64,000 nt of DNA from Bacteroidales bacterium (GTDB lineage: Bacteria > Bacteroidota > Bacteroidia > Bacteroidales > WRGA01): positions 50,486 to 114,485 of the forward strand of contig JAVBLR010000008.1 of assembly GCA_031553395.1 (NCBI GenBank). Direction: 5' to 3'. Of the stretch, positions 44,965-56,046 are shown piece by piece. Each line of letters starts with the position of its first letter. Positions within the stretch are counted from its first letter, which is position 1. The notes below the pieces were generated by a model. That model saw only the letters and a program-made list of their open reading frames with translations, made no database searches and was not told the DNA's origin. A program made the position numbers and the translations under genes.

Positions 44965-47115
44965 ATGAAAAGAATAGTTATTTTAATTTTTTTGTGTTGG
45001 GTTTCTTATAGTGCTTATTCTCTGAACAACTTCACAGATAGAAACTTGGATCGCAATCGTCCTTTTGGAGTCAATCTTGCCTGTGCCGAATTCAATGAAG
45101 CAAATATGCCCGGCATACATGATAAACATTATACATATCCAACAATACAAGAACTCGACTATTTTAAAAGCAAAGGATTATTATTAATAAGACTGCCATT
45201 TAAATGGGAAAGGTTACAACCTGAACTATACGGAAAATTAGACACTATAGAGTTAAACCGGTTAAAGCATTTTGTTTCGGCTGCCGGAGAACGACAAATG
45301 CAGGTGATCTTAGACCTTCATAACTATGGACGCCGTTTTGTGAATGGATCTAAAGTAATCATCGGAACCGGTGGATTAACCGTTTCGCATTATGCGGATT
45401 TTTGGCGCAAACTGGCGAACGAAATGAAAGCATATCCGAATATTTATGGTCATGGATTGATGAACGAACCTCATGATCTGGATTCGAATACGACCTGGTT
45501 TGAAATGGCACAGGCTGCTATTAATGCTATTCGCGAAGTAGATAAGAAAAATACGATTATCGTAGGTGGCGATGACTGGAGTTCTGCGGAACGTTGGATT
45601 GAAAAAAGCGATACCTTAAAATACTTATCCGATCCTGTCAATAATTTGATGTTTGAAGCACATGTATATTTCGACAAAGATGCTTCCGGAAGTTATAAAA
45701 AATCATACGAAGAAGAAGGATGCTCTCCGACAAAAGGAGTGGAACGCGTAATGCCTTTCGCTACCTGGTTGAAAGAAAACGGATTCAGAGGATTGATTGG
45801 AGAATATGGTGTTCCTGATAACGATCTCCGTTGGTTAAAAACCATGGATAACTTCCTGTCTTTTCTACAAGATGAAGGAATTAGCGCGACTTATTGGGCT
45901 GCCGGTCCCTGGTGGGGAAAATATGTGTTAAGTCTCGAACCCAAAAATGGGAAAGACCGCCCCCAAATGAAAGTTGTTGAGAAATATCTTTATACGGACG
46001 ATTGGGTAATTGCAGCACTTGAGAAAGCGGAGAAGCAATCTCTTTTGATGGCAAAAGCAATTCAAAATCAACAAGGTACTTTACCCCGGTCGACTGATAA
46101 CAAAGGGAAATTGGTAACCTCGACTTCCGATTGGTGGTGCAGTGGATTTTATCCGGGAGTGTTATGGTATCTCTATGAAAACAATCCGGCTAACAAAGAT
46201 TTATTGAAATATGCTTCTGAGTATACCAATAGAATCAATAAAGAGCAATACAATACATCTACGCATGATTTAGGATTTATGCTTTATTGCAGTTATGGCA
46301 ATGCATTGCGTTTGACAAAAGCAGATTCCTGTAAAAGCGTTTTAATGAATGGCGCACAATCATTGGCTTCCCGTTACAGACCGGAAGTGGGGTGCATACA
46401 ATCATGGGGTGCAGGAAAGTGGCGTTATCCGGTGATTATTGATAATATGATGAATTTGGAAATGTTGATGTGGGCTTATAAAGCATCTGGTGATTCGAAA
46501 TATAAAGAAATCGCAACAACTCATGCTAATAAAACGATGAAATGTCATTTTCGTCCGGATAATAGTTCTTTTCATGTAGTATCTTACAATCCTGAAAATG
46601 GGGATGTTGAATTCCAAGGTACCGATCAAGGTTTTAGCGATGCCAGCGCTTGGGCACGCGGACAATCCTGGGGGCTTTACGGATATACCATGATGTATCG
46701 CGAAACAAAGGATAGTACCTATTTAAATCAGGCCCATAAGATTGCCAGATTTATATTGAATCATCCCCGTTTGCCGGAAGATAAAATTCCATATTGGGAT
46801 TTCGATTCTCCCAAAATACCTAATGAGTTGCGAGATGCTTCGAGTGCTGCAATTATTGCATCAGCTTTATTAGAGCTATGTAATTATTCAGATGAAACTA
46901 ACAAAAAGGAGTATTTTAATGTGGCCGAAAAACAACTTCGTAAGTTAGCATCTCCGGAGTATACTGCAAAAATTGGAACAAATGGTAATTTCATACTTAA
47001 ACATGGAGTTGGTAATGTTCCTCAGAATTCGGAAATAGATGCCCCTTTGAGTTATGCCGATTATTATTATGTGGAAGCGCTTTTGCGTTATAAAAAACAG
47101 ATTAGTGTGTTATGA
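44965..47115 (+). CDS. Bifunctional GH5 (N-terminal) and GH88-like unsaturated glucuronyl hydrolase (C-terminal) fusion
   Basis: GH5 blocks are 'LIRLPFKWERLQ', 'ILDLHNYGRR', 'GLMNEPHD', 'IGEYGVP' and 'YWAAGPWWG'. GH88 blocks are 'DWWCSGFYPGVLWYLYE', 'STHDLGFM', 'VIIDNMMNLEML', 'ARGQSWGLYGY' and 'LRDASSAAIIASALLEL'. Confidence 0.8.
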   Translation: MKRIVILIFLCWVSYSAYSLNNFTDRNLDRNRPFGVNLACAEFNEANMPGIHDKHYTYPTIQELDYFKSKGLLLIRLPFKWERLQPELYGKLDTIELNRLKHFVSAAGERQMQVILDLHNYGRRFVNGSKVIIGTGGLTVSHYADFWRKLANEMKAYPNIYGHGLMNEPHDLDSNTTWFEMAQAAINAIREVDKKNTIIVGGDDWSSAERWIEKSDTLKYLSDPVNNLMFEAHVYFDKDASGSYKKSYEEEGCSPTKGVERVMPFATWLKENGFRGLIGEYGVPDNDLRWLKTMDNFLSFLQDEGISATYWAAGPWWGKYVLSLEPKNGKDRPQMKVVEKYLYTDDWVIAALEKAEKQSLLMAKAIQNQQGTLPRSTDNKGKLVTSTSDWWCSGFYPGVLWYLYENNPANKDLLKYASEYTNRINKEQYNTSTHDLGFMLYCSYGNALRLTKADSCKSVLMNGAQSLASRYRPEVGCIQSWGAGKWRYPVIIDNMMNLEMLMWAYKASGDSKYKEIATTHANKTMKCHFRPDNSSFHVVSYNPENGDVEFQGTDQGFSDASAWARGQSWGLYGYTMMYRETKDSTYLNQAHKIARFILNHPRLPEDKIPYWDFDSPKIPNELRDASSAAIIASALLELCNYSDETNKKEYFNVAEKQLRKLASPEYTAKIGTNGNFILKHGVGNVPQNSEIDAPLSYADYYYVEALLRYKKQISVL

Positions 47116-48965
47116 ATAAGAAGTTTACTATTTTGTTATTTATTGTAGTTTTTCAGAGTTGGAATATAATTTATGCACAACAGCATCCTCATATCTTGTT
47201 GTTGGATGGAGAAGAAGAATCACTACAGAAAATGACTTATTCAGATCGAATGTGGGCAAATTTACATCAGGATATTTTATCCGAGTGTGATAAGATGTTG
47301 TCTTTGCCACAACTTCAACGCGAAAAAATAGGAATGCGTTTACTTCATGTTTCAAGGGAATCTTTGCACCGGATATTTTATTTATCGTATGCGTATCGTA
47401 TGACCGAAGAAGAGAAATATTTGGAACGGGCGGAAAAAGAAATGCTGACTGTTTCCAACTTCACGGACTGGAACCCATCTCACTTTTTAGATGTCGCAGA
47501 GATGACTTTAGGAGTATCAATTGGTTACGATTGGCTCTATCCGCAGCTTTCAAGAGAATCCCGAAAAATAATCAGCAATGCTATTATTCAGAAAGGATTA
47601 ACTCCTTCTTTAGATAAAAAATATAATTGGTTTCTTGACGCAAAGCATAATTGGAATCAGGTTTGTAATGCAGGGATGGTTTTCGGTGCTTTAGCTGTAT
47701 ATGAAGAAGATACTACATTCTGTAAAAGTATCATTGATCGCAGTATTCAATCTGTCAGTCTTCCGATGCGGGAATATGATCCTGATGGCGCTTACCCCGA
47801 AGGATATGCCTATTGGGAATATGGAACGAGTTTCAATGTATTATTACTTAGCGCGCTGAAGAAAATAGATTACCCTTGTGATGCATTATCTGCTATCCCC
47901 GGATTTATATCAACAGCAAAATACTATCAACAAATGGTTGGTTCAACCGGAACCAGTTTCAATTATTCCGATTGCGGTGATGAATCAGGATTGACTCCGG
48001 CAATGTTTTGGTTTGCAGATAAATCCGGTGATTCTTCTTTATTATGGAATGAAAAGAAATATATTAACAGTGAATATCGGGATAATTATTTGGCAAACAG
48101 GTTATTACCTGCCGCAATGATTTGGGGCTCCAAAATGCCACTGAATCAAATTCAAGCTCCGGAAAATTTAATGTGGACAGGTAAAGGGACTACTCCTGTG
48201 GCTTTGATGCGCACATCATGGGCAGATGAGAATGCTATTTATGTAGGATTAAAAGGAGGAACTGCCGGAAGTAATCATGCTCACATGGATGCCGGTTCAT
48301 TTGTTATGGATGCTGATGGCGTGCGTTGGGCGATGGATTTCGGCAAACAGGATTATGAATCCTTAGAATCCAAGAAACTGCAAATTTGGTCAAACAGTCA
48401 GGATTCCGAACGTTGGAAAGTATTTCGTTATAACAACTATGTACACAATACGCTTACCGTTAATGGGAAATTGCATAATGTTACAGGTTACGCTCCGCTT
48501 ATTTCTTCTTCTGATAATCCACAGTTAATGAATGCGATTGTTGATTTATCGACTGTTTTCAAAAATGACTTATCTTCTTCTAAGCGAGGGATCTCCATTG
48601 TCGATAAAAGATATGTCGTTATACAAGATGAAGTAGAAGCAAATGCTGATAGTGTAGCTCTAATCCGTTGGTCTATGCTGACTTCTGCGGATGTTAAAAT
48701 TACCGGTAAAAATAAAGTAGAATTGAAAAAAGACGGCAAAACCCTCCGCATGGAAATTGCTGGTAAATTGCCGGTAGAAATAAAAACATGGAGTACTCAA
48801 TCTCCAAATGACTATGATGCTCCAAATCCGGGTACAACCGTAGTTGGTTTTGAATGTCAGGTTCCCAAAGGTAAAAAAGCTTTCTTTACGGTTGCTTTAC
48901 TTCCGGAAGGAGCTAAATTTAATAAAAAGGAAATCCAATCTCTTAACAAATGGGAAACAAAATGA
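47112..48965 (+). CDS. Heparinase II/III-like protein (candidate polysaccharide lyase)
   Basis: After the signal peptide, 'HPHILL' opens an N-terminal alpha/alpha toroid, with 'NWNQVCNAG' further in. 'GSNHAHMDAGSFVMDADGVRWAMDFG' is typical of the heparinase II/III C-terminal domain. Confidence 0.7.
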   Translation: MNKKFTILLFIVVFQSWNIIYAQQHPHILLLDGEEESLQKMTYSDRMWANLHQDILSECDKMLSLPQLQREKIGMRLLHVSRESLHRIFYLSYAYRMTEEEKYLERAEKEMLTVSNFTDWNPSHFLDVAEMTLGVSIGYDWLYPQLSRESRKIISNAIIQKGLTPSLDKKYNWFLDAKHNWNQVCNAGMVFGALAVYEEDTTFCKSIIDRSIQSVSLPMREYDPDGAYPEGYAYWEYGTSFNVLLLSALKKIDYPCDALSAIPGFISTAKYYQQMVGSTGTSFNYSDCGDESGLTPAMFWFADKSGDSSLLWNEKKYINSEYRDNYLANRLLPAAMIWGSKMPLNQIQAPENLMWTGKGTTPVALMRTSWADENAIYVGLKGGTAGSNHAHMDAGSFVMDADGVRWAMDFGKQDYESLESKKLQIWSNSQDSERWKVFRYNNYVHNTLTVNGKLHNVTGYAPLISSSDNPQLMNAIVDLSTVFKNDLSSSKRGISIVDKRYVVIQDEVEANADSVALIRWSMLTSADVKITGKNKVELKKDGKTLRMEIAGKLPVEIKTWSTQSPNDYDAPNPGTTVVGFECQVPKGKKAFFTVALLPEGAKFNKKEIQSLNKWETK

Positions 48966-51900
48966 AACGGTTATTGATCGTAATATTATCTGTATTATTG
49001 CTTCCGGCAGGAATTGGAGCACAATCCAACAAGATTATCTACCAAAAAGGTTGGATTGACTTCAATAAAAATGATAAAAAGGATATTTATGAAGATCCGT
49101 CACAGCCGATAGAAAAGCGCGTAAAAGATTTGTTGTCTCAAATGACAGTAGCAGAAAAAACCTGTCAGATGGCAACGCTTTACGGAAGTGGTCGTGTATT
49201 GCGGGATCCTCTTCCAACCACAGCATGGAAAGATTCTTTATGGAAAGACGGTATCGGGAATATTGATGAACAACACAATGGCTTGGGAACTTTCAAATCG
49301 GAATATTCATTTCCATACGGCAAATCTGTGGATACCCGGCAAAAAGTACAACGTTGGTTTGTTGAACAAACCCGATTGGGTATTCCTGTTGACTATACCA
49401 ACGAAGGTATCCGGGGATTATGTCACGATCGCGCGACGATGTTTCCTGCACAGTGCGGGCAAGGAGCTACCTGGAATAAAAACCTGATAGCAAAGATTGC
49501 TGAAGTAGAGGCGAAAGAAGCAGTTGCTTTAGGTTATACCAATATTTATTCTCCTATTTTAGATATTGCACAAGATCCTCGTTGGGGGAGAGTTGTGGAA
49601 TGTTATGGAGAAGATCCTTATTTAGTGGGTTCTTTGGGAAAAGAAATGATCAAAGGCTTGCAGGCTCAGGGTTTGGTTGCTACTCCTAAGCATTTTGCGG
49701 TATATAGTGCCCCGGTTGGTGGACGTGATGGTGGAACACGTACAGATCCGCATGTGGCTTATCGTGAAATGAGAACTCTTTATCTCGAACCTTTCCGGAT
49801 GGCATTTCAAGAAGCGGGAGCTTTAGGCGTAATGAGTTCATACAATGATTATGATGGAGTTCCTGTTAGTGCGAGTAATTATTTCTTAACTCAAATACTT
49901 CGTCAGGAATGGGGATTTAAAGGATATGTCGTTTCCGATAGTGAAGCTGTTGAGTTTGTTCACACCAAACATAAAGTGGCGGAAACGATGGAAGATGCCG
50001 TTGCTATGGTTGCAAAAGCAGGATTGAATATCCGCACACAATTTACTTCCCCTGCTGATTTCGTATTGCCTTTGCGCCGTGCCATAGAACAAGGAAAAGT
50101 AAGCATGGAAACCATCAACCAACGTGTTGCCGAAATTCTTACCGTAAAATTCCAAATGGGATTGTTTGATAATCCGTATAAAGGAGATGTCAAACAGGTT
50201 GAAAAGATTGTGCACAGCAAAGAACATCAGGAAGTCTCTTTGGAAGCAGCTCGTCAATCTATCGTTTTATTAAAGAATCAGGGAAATTTATTGCCGTTAA
50301 GCAAAGAAATAAAAAGCATTGCTTTAATTGGTCCGAATGCCGATGAAAAGAAAGAATTGATTTGTCGGTATGGTCCTGCAAATGCTCCGATAACTACTGT
50401 CTATGAGGCTTTCAAATCATATTTACCTAATACTGCGGTTCATTATAGTAAAGGATGTGAAATTGTTGACAAAAGGTATCCTTTGAGTGAAATATTACCG
50501 GAATCATTGGATAAAGAAGAACAACAAATGATTGATGATGCTGTGAAAGCGGCTCAACAATCGGAAGTGGTGGTATTGGTATTAGGTGGTTCGGAAGTAA
50601 CAGTCAGGGAAGAAAAATCTCGCACGGATTTAAATCTTCCGGGTCGTCAATTAGATTTAATGAAAGCGGTTCAGGCAACCGGAAAACCTGTCGTGTTGGT
50701 CTTGTTGGATGGTAGGGCTTCCACCATCAATTATGCAGAAGCTTATATTCCGGCGATTGTGCATGCATGGTTCCCCGGAGAATTTACGGGACAAGCTATC
50801 ACGGATGTTCTTTTCGGAGATTATAATCCCGGAGGAAAATTAGCTGTTACTTTTCCTAAATCAGTCGGTCAAATTCCTTTTGCCTTCCCATTTAAACCGG
50901 GGTCGGATGTTCCTGCTACATCATCTGTTTCAGGCGCTTTATATCCTTTCGGATACGGCTTAAGCTATACCACATTTGCGTATGATAAGTTGAAAATAAC
51001 TCCGGAAAAGCAAAATGCATCGGGAGAAATCAACGTTTCTTTTTCTGTAAAAAATACAGGAAACAGAAAAGGAGATGAAATCGTACAACTTTATATCCAT
51101 GATGAATACAGTAGCGTAACTACTTACACAAAAGTACTGAGAGGTTTTGATCGCATTACATTAGAACCGGGCGAAACGAAACAGGTTTCATTTACACTTA
51201 CCAAACAGGATTTAGGTTTATGGAATATAAACAATGAATTTGTTGTAGAACCCGGAACTTTCGAAGTATTGGTCGGAGCTTCTTCACAGGATATTCGATT
51301 GAAAGGTAAATTTGAAATCATGCCACAGGACACCTCTCGTGCATTTCTGCTCACCGGCGCATCTTTTGCTGTAAAAGAAAACAGTTGGTTTGAAATCGGA
51401 TGTAAAACATTGAATGTGAAACCTATCAACAGAGCCGTTTCCGCTCAGGCGATTATGCACACGGCAATGAAGATGTTTAAGGATTCTTTATATACCACAT
51501 CCGAATTGGATAACATCGATCTGTTTGTCATTATGCATGTTCACAATCGTGATGTGGCGGATACTACTCAATTAAAAGAAAATTACAAAGATTATACTTA
51601 CGAAGAAATCTCCAACAGTTATTCCCGTGGATATGATTATGTAATCAAACGTTACAAAGCCGATTGTCTGGCATTAAAAGATAATCCCGCTTCCAAGTAT
51701 TATGGAACGAAAGAAGGCAAATCTGCTCACATCATGTTGTGTACTCATTGGCATGATGCTCGCACCATCTACAACACAGCGATTCGAAAACTGGCGGCTC
51801 GTTGGAATCTTCCGGTAGTGGAATTTGATAAAAATATCGGATTTACCAAAGATGTATTGATCGATGGAAAACAACCGAGTATCGCAGTTGCCAGTGAAAC

Positions 51901-52018
51901 GGAAAAAATAGATGGAGTGGCTTACGGATGGCATCCCAAACGTGGAGATCATCAACCGATCCAACAAAAGATGGCGCAAATATTTGTAGAAGAAGTTAAA
52001 AAGGTAGACCATGAATAA
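48962..52018 (+). CDS. GH3 beta-glucosidase with an extra ~240-aa C-terminal domain (possibly SGNH-like)
   Basis: GH3 blocks are 'GIPVDYTNEGIRG', 'KHFAVYS', 'GYVVSDSEAV' (nucleophile Asp), 'PGRQLDLMKAV' and the FnIII-like 'GYGLSYTTF...DEIVQLYIHD'. The tail 'FLLTGASFA...GWHPKRGDH' has uncertain fold. The start overlaps the upstream stop (ATGA). Confidence 0.8.
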   Translation: MKRLLIVILSVLLLPAGIGAQSNKIIYQKGWIDFNKNDKKDIYEDPSQPIEKRVKDLLSQMTVAEKTCQMATLYGSGRVLRDPLPTTAWKDSLWKDGIGNIDEQHNGLGTFKSEYSFPYGKSVDTRQKVQRWFVEQTRLGIPVDYTNEGIRGLCHDRATMFPAQCGQGATWNKNLIAKIAEVEAKEAVALGYTNIYSPILDIAQDPRWGRVVECYGEDPYLVGSLGKEMIKGLQAQGLVATPKHFAVYSAPVGGRDGGTRTDPHVAYREMRTLYLEPFRMAFQEAGALGVMSSYNDYDGVPVSASNYFLTQILRQEWGFKGYVVSDSEAVEFVHTKHKVAETMEDAVAMVAKAGLNIRTQFTSPADFVLPLRRAIEQGKVSMETINQRVAEILTVKFQMGLFDNPYKGDVKQVEKIVHSKEHQEVSLEAARQSIVLLKNQGNLLPLSKEIKSIALIGPNADEKKELICRYGPANAPITTVYEAFKSYLPNTAVHYSKGCEIVDKRYPLSEILPESLDKEEQQMIDDAVKAAQQSEVVVLVLGGSEVTVREEKSRTDLNLPGRQLDLMKAVQATGKPVVLVLLDGRASTINYAEAYIPAIVHAWFPGEFTGQAITDVLFGDYNPGGKLAVTFPKSVGQIPFAFPFKPGSDVPATSSVSGALYPFGYGLSYTTFAYDKLKITPEKQNASGEINVSFSVKNTGNRKGDEIVQLYIHDEYSSVTTYTKVLRGFDRITLEPGETKQVSFTLTKQDLGLWNINNEFVVEPGTFEVLVGASSQDIRLKGKFEIMPQDTSRAFLLTGASFAVKENSWFEIGCKTLNVKPINRAVSAQAIMHTAMKMFKDSLYTTSELDNIDLFVIMHVHNRDVADTTQLKENYKDYTYEEISNSYSRGYDYVIKRYKADCLALKDNPASKYYGTKEGKSAHIMLCTHWHDARTIYNTAIRKLAARWNLPVVEFDKNIGFTKDVLIDGKQPSIAVASETEKIDGVAYGWHPKRGDHQPIQQKMAQIFVEEVKKVDHE

Positions 52019-53435
52019 GAAAATTTTCAATATCGTTTTTTTATTGTTAGGATTCTTTAGCTTATCAGCGAAGATAACGCTTCCTAAGATATTTACTAAC
52101 AATATGGTGCTGCAACAACAGACCGAAGCGCCTATATGGGGTACTGCTACACCTGATAAGCAAGTGAAAATAACAACTTCCTGGAATCATAAAACATATT
52201 CGGTTAAAGCGGATATGAATGGCAAATGGAAGACAAAACTGAATACTCCGGTGGCCGGTGGTCCTTATGAAATCAATATTTCGGATGGAGAAGAAATCCA
52301 ATTAAAGGATGTTCTTATTGGTGAAGTTTGGCTTTGTTCAGGTCAATCGAATATGGAAATGACATTTACTTGGAAACAAAAGGTCAATAACTACGAACAA
52401 GAACTTTCATCGGCTAATAAATATCCGCACATAAGATTGTTTCATGTCGAAAGAGCAATGACCGCTCAACCTTTGGATGATTTCGGTAAAACAAGAGGCG
52501 GCTGGAAAGTTTGTGATTCTACTGCTGTTCGTCAGTTCTCAGCAGTGGCTTTCCTTTTTGGAAGGAACTTGAATGAAAATCTCAATGTGCCAATAGGATT
52601 AATTAGTTCTTCGGTTGGAGGAACGGTTGCAGAAGCATGGACAAGTGCTGAAGCATTGGAATGTATGCCGGATTTTACAGACACGGTGAAGGTTGTCCGT
52701 GCAAACAATGATACCATCAAAAAACAAAATACCCCGACAGTATTGTTCAACGCGATGATTCATCCGATGATTCCTTTTTCTATGCGTGGAGTAATCTGGT
52801 ATCAGGGTGAAGCCAACTGCATGAGATCCGAGCAATACAAAGAGTTATTTCCTTTGTTGATAAGAGATTGGAGAAAACAATGGGGAACTGATTTTCCTTT
52901 CTACTTTGTTCAGTTAGCCAATTTCGGAAAACGGAACGACCAACCGGAAGATGCTCCTTGGGCGCGGCTTCGGGAAGCTCAATTTCAAACTTTGCATGTC
53001 GGGAATACAGCTATGGCAGTTACTATTGATGTCGGAGATGGTAATGATGTTCATCCGGCCAATAAACAAGATGTTGGCTTGCGTTTAGCGTTGGCAGCGA
53101 GAGCAAACACTTATAAAGAAGCAATTCCTTATTCAGGTCCTTTGTATAAGGATTATAGAATAGAGGGGAACAAAATCAGGATTTCATTTCTCCATGCCGA
53201 TAAAGGTTTAATTGCTAAAGGAGGAAATGAATTGAAAGGATTTGCTATTGCCGGATCCGACCATCAATTTCATTGGGCGGAAGCGAGGATAGAAGGAAAT
53301 GAAATTGTAGTTACTTCACCGCAAGTCATTTATCCTGTATCGGTACGCTATGCCTGGGCGGCAGATCCTGACTGTAATTTATATAATGGAGCCGGATTAC
53401 CGGCATCTCCATTCCGGACAGATAATTGGAAATAA
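52011..53435 (+). CDS. Sialate O-acetylesterase-like (SASA/DUF303) carbohydrate esterase
   Basis: 'IGEVWLCSGQSNME' carries the catalytic Ser block. 'RGVIWYQGEAN' and 'VRYAWAADP' are also present. Confidence 0.8.
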   Translation: MNKKIFNIVFLLLGFFSLSAKITLPKIFTNNMVLQQQTEAPIWGTATPDKQVKITTSWNHKTYSVKADMNGKWKTKLNTPVAGGPYEINISDGEEIQLKDVLIGEVWLCSGQSNMEMTFTWKQKVNNYEQELSSANKYPHIRLFHVERAMTAQPLDDFGKTRGGWKVCDSTAVRQFSAVAFLFGRNLNENLNVPIGLISSSVGGTVAEAWTSAEALECMPDFTDTVKVVRANNDTIKKQNTPTVLFNAMIHPMIPFSMRGVIWYQGEANCMRSEQYKELFPLLIRDWRKQWGTDFPFYFVQLANFGKRNDQPEDAPWARLREAQFQTLHVGNTAMAVTIDVGDGNDVHPANKQDVGLRLALAARANTYKEAIPYSGPLYKDYRIEGNKIRISFLHADKGLIAKGGNELKGFAIAGSDHQFHWAEARIEGNEIVVTSPQVIYPVSVRYAWAADPDCNLYNGAGLPASPFRTDNWK

Positions 53436-53451
53436 TAACAATAAATAAAAT

Positions 53452-54831
53452 ATGAAGAAAATAATCATTTGCCTTTGTGCATTAATTACTATGACAACAA
53501 TCCATGCGCAGAAAAAGTATGAAGCGAATTGGAAATCTTTGGATACCCGTCCGACTCCTCAATGGTTTGAAGATGCTAAATTCGGGATATTTATCCATTG
53601 GGGATTGTATTCAGTTCCATCCTGGGCGCCTAATACAGGAGATGTGTATTCCCGTTATGCCGAATGGTATTGGTACCGGCTCAATCCGGAAGAAAAAGAT
53701 GGCGCGGCATTTCGTGCTTATCATAAAGAAATGTATGGTGATAAATTCAAGTATCAGGATTTTGCTCAAGATTTCAAAGCTGAAATGTTTAAGCCTGATC
53801 AATGGGCAGGCATTATTCAGAAATCAGGAGCAAAATATGTGGTACTTACTTCCAAACATCACGAAGGTTTTGCTTTATGGCCCAGCGCTCAGAGTGTTAA
53901 TTGGAACAGCGTGGATGTTGGTCCGCATCGGGATATTTGTGGAGAATTAACAACTGCAGTTCGTCAAAAGGGTTTGAAGATGGGATTTTATTATTCTCTC
54001 TACGAATGGCACCATCCGCTTTATCATCAGAATATGACACAATATGTGGACGAACACATGCTTCCTCAAATCAAAGATTTAACAGAACGTTATAAGCCGG
54101 AAATCGTTTGGGCAGACGGAGAATGGGAACATCCCAGCAAGGATTGGAAAAGCGAAGAATTTTTGGCTTGGCTTTATAATGAATCTCCGGTAAAGGAAAC
54201 TGTAGTCGTGAACGACCGTTGGGGGGAAGAAACCCGTAGTAAACATGGAACTTTTTATACGACTGAATATGATTTGATTCATGACAGTGATTCCAAAGGA
54301 GTAAAGTTCGTTCATCCATGGGAAGAATGTCGCGGCATTGCCGGATCTTTCGGTTATAATAGGAATGAAAATCTGGAAGATTATTCTTCAGCCAAAGAAT
54401 TGATTCATATTTTAATAGACAAGGTATCCCGTGGCGGAAATCTGTTGTTGAATATTGGACCTACAGCCGATGGACGCATTCCCGTGATTATGCAGGAACG
54501 GTTGGAAGATATCGGAAATTGGCTAAACGTGAATGGAGAGGCTATTTACGATACCCGTCAGTGGGAAAAAGCTTCGGATGCTCAAACACATGAATATGTG
54601 CGTTTTACTAAAAAAGGGAATGACCTTTATGTAATTCTCACAGCATGGAATAATCAACCGGTTACGATTAAAGGAATAAAGAATCCGAAAAATATTCAGT
54701 TGTTGGGTTCTGATAAAAAAGTTGATTTCACAACAAATAAAGGTATCATTACCATTCAGCCTCCTGTGCTGAATTATCCAGATATTCCATGTCAATATGC
54801 TTGGGTATTTAAGCTCACAAGTGCGTTATAA
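53452..54831 (+). CDS. GH29 alpha-L-fucosidase
   Basis: GH29 blocks are '[21 protein letters not shown]', '[16 protein letters not shown]' and '[10 protein letters not shown]'. Confidence 0.85.
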   Translation: MKKIIICLCALITMTTIHAQKKYEANWKSLDTRPTPQWFEDAKFGIFIHWGLYSVPSWAPNTGDVYSRYAEWYWYRLNPEEKDGAAFRAYHKEMYGDKFKYQDFAQDFKAEMFKPDQWAGIIQKSGAKYVVLTSKHHEGFALWPSAQSVNWNSVDVGPHRDICGELTTAVRQKGLKMGFYYSLYEWHHPLYHQNMTQYVDEHMLPQIKDLTERYKPEIVWADGEWEHPSKDWKSEEFLAWLYNESPVKETVVVNDRWGEETRSKHGTFYTTEYDLIHDSDSKGVKFVHPWEECRGIAGSFGYNRNENLEDYSSAKELIHILIDKVSRGGNLLLNIGPTADGRIPVIMQERLEDIGNWLNVNGEAIYDTRQWEKASDAQTHEYVRFTKKGNDLYVILTAWNNQPVTIKGIKNPKNIQLLGSDKKVDFTTNKGIITIQPPVLNYPDIPCQYAWVFKLTSAL

Positions 54832-54853
54832 TTTTACAAATAAAAAAATAAAT

Positions 54854-56023
54854 ATGAACCAATACATCGAAAACTTCAATAACCTGAAATTACATCAGGA
54901 AGAATTGCTTAATAAGAAAAACGAAAAGGAACCATTTGGAAATGGTATCTATGAACGTTATATCAACCCGATACTTACGGCAGCCCATGTTCCTTTGCAT
55001 TGGCGTTACGATTTGAATCCCGAAACCAATCCGTATATGATGGAGCGTATAGGAGTCAATGCGGCTTTCAATGCCGGAGCGATGAAATGGAACGACAAGT
55101 ATATTTTGGTGGTGAGGGTAGAAGGGAATGACCGGAAATCATTTTTTGCTATCGCTGAAAGTCCGAACGGAATAGATAATTTTCGTTTTTGGGATGAACC
55201 GATTACGCTTCCCGAAACAGAAGATCCGGATATCAATGTTTACGATATGCGTCTCACACAGCATGAAGACGGTTGGATTTATGGCGTATTTTGCAGTGAA
55301 AGGAAAGATCCAAATGCCTCCGCAGGAGATTTATCATCAGCAGTTGCGGCGGCAGGGATTGTTCGTACAAAAGATTTAAAGAATTGGGAACGCCTTCCTG
55401 ATTTGAAATCCAAAAGCCAACAACGCAATGTGGTCTTACATCCCGAATTTGTAAACGGAAAATATGCATTATATACCCGTCCACAGGACGGATTTATCGA
55501 CACCGGAAGTGGTGGTGGTATCGGTTGGGCTTTGATTGATGATATGACTCAAGCGGAAGTGAAAGAAGAAAAAATCATTAATCACCGCTATTATCATACG
55601 ATTAAAGAGATGAAAAACGGCGAAGGTCCTCATCCGATTAAAACCTCCAAAGGCTGGTTGCATTTGGCTCATGGTGTAAGAGGATGCGCTGCCGGTTTGC
55701 GTTATATCTTATATATCTATCTGACAGATTTGAAAGATCCTTCGAAATTGATTGCTGAACCTGCCGGATTTTTCATGGCTCCACAAGGAGAAGAACGTAT
55801 CGGTGACGTGTCGAATGTATTGTTTTCAAGCGGATGGATTACCGATGAAGACGGAACGGTATATGTCTATTATGCTTCCTCAGATACACGTATGCATGTA
55901 GCAACATCTTCCATTAATCAATTACTGGACTATTGTTTGAATACACCTGCCGATGGTTATCGTTCGGCGGCTTCGGCAGCAACTATTAAGAATTTGATTG
56001 CCGGAAATAAGCCGTTTATGTAA
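54854..56023 (+). CDS. GH130 glycoside phosphorylase (beta-1,4-mannosylglucose phosphorylase-like)
   Basis: The start was moved to 'MNQYIENFN'. GH130 blocks are '[21 protein letters not shown]', '[21 protein letters not shown]', 'YTRPQDGF' and '[12 protein letters not shown]'. It strongly resembles the Bacteroides fragilis mannosylglucose phosphorylase family, judged from memory. Confidence 0.8.
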   Translation: MNQYIENFNNLKLHQEELLNKKNEKEPFGNGIYERYINPILTAAHVPLHWRYDLNPETNPYMMERIGVNAAFNAGAMKWNDKYILVVRVEGNDRKSFFAIAESPNGIDNFRFWDEPITLPETEDPDINVYDMRLTQHEDGWIYGVFCSERKDPNASAGDLSSAVAAAGIVRTKDLKNWERLPDLKSKSQQRNVVLHPEFVNGKYALYTRPQDGFIDTGSGGGIGWALIDDMTQAEVKEEKIINHRYYHTIKEMKNGEGPHPIKTSKGWLHLAHGVRGCAAGLRYILYIYLTDLKDPSKLIAEPAGFFMAPQGEERIGDVSNVLFSSGWITDEDGTVYVYYASSDTRMHVATSSINQLLDYCLNTPADGYRSAASAATIKNLIAGNKPFM

Positions 56024-56046
56024 TCATTTCTTTTATTTCTGATACC

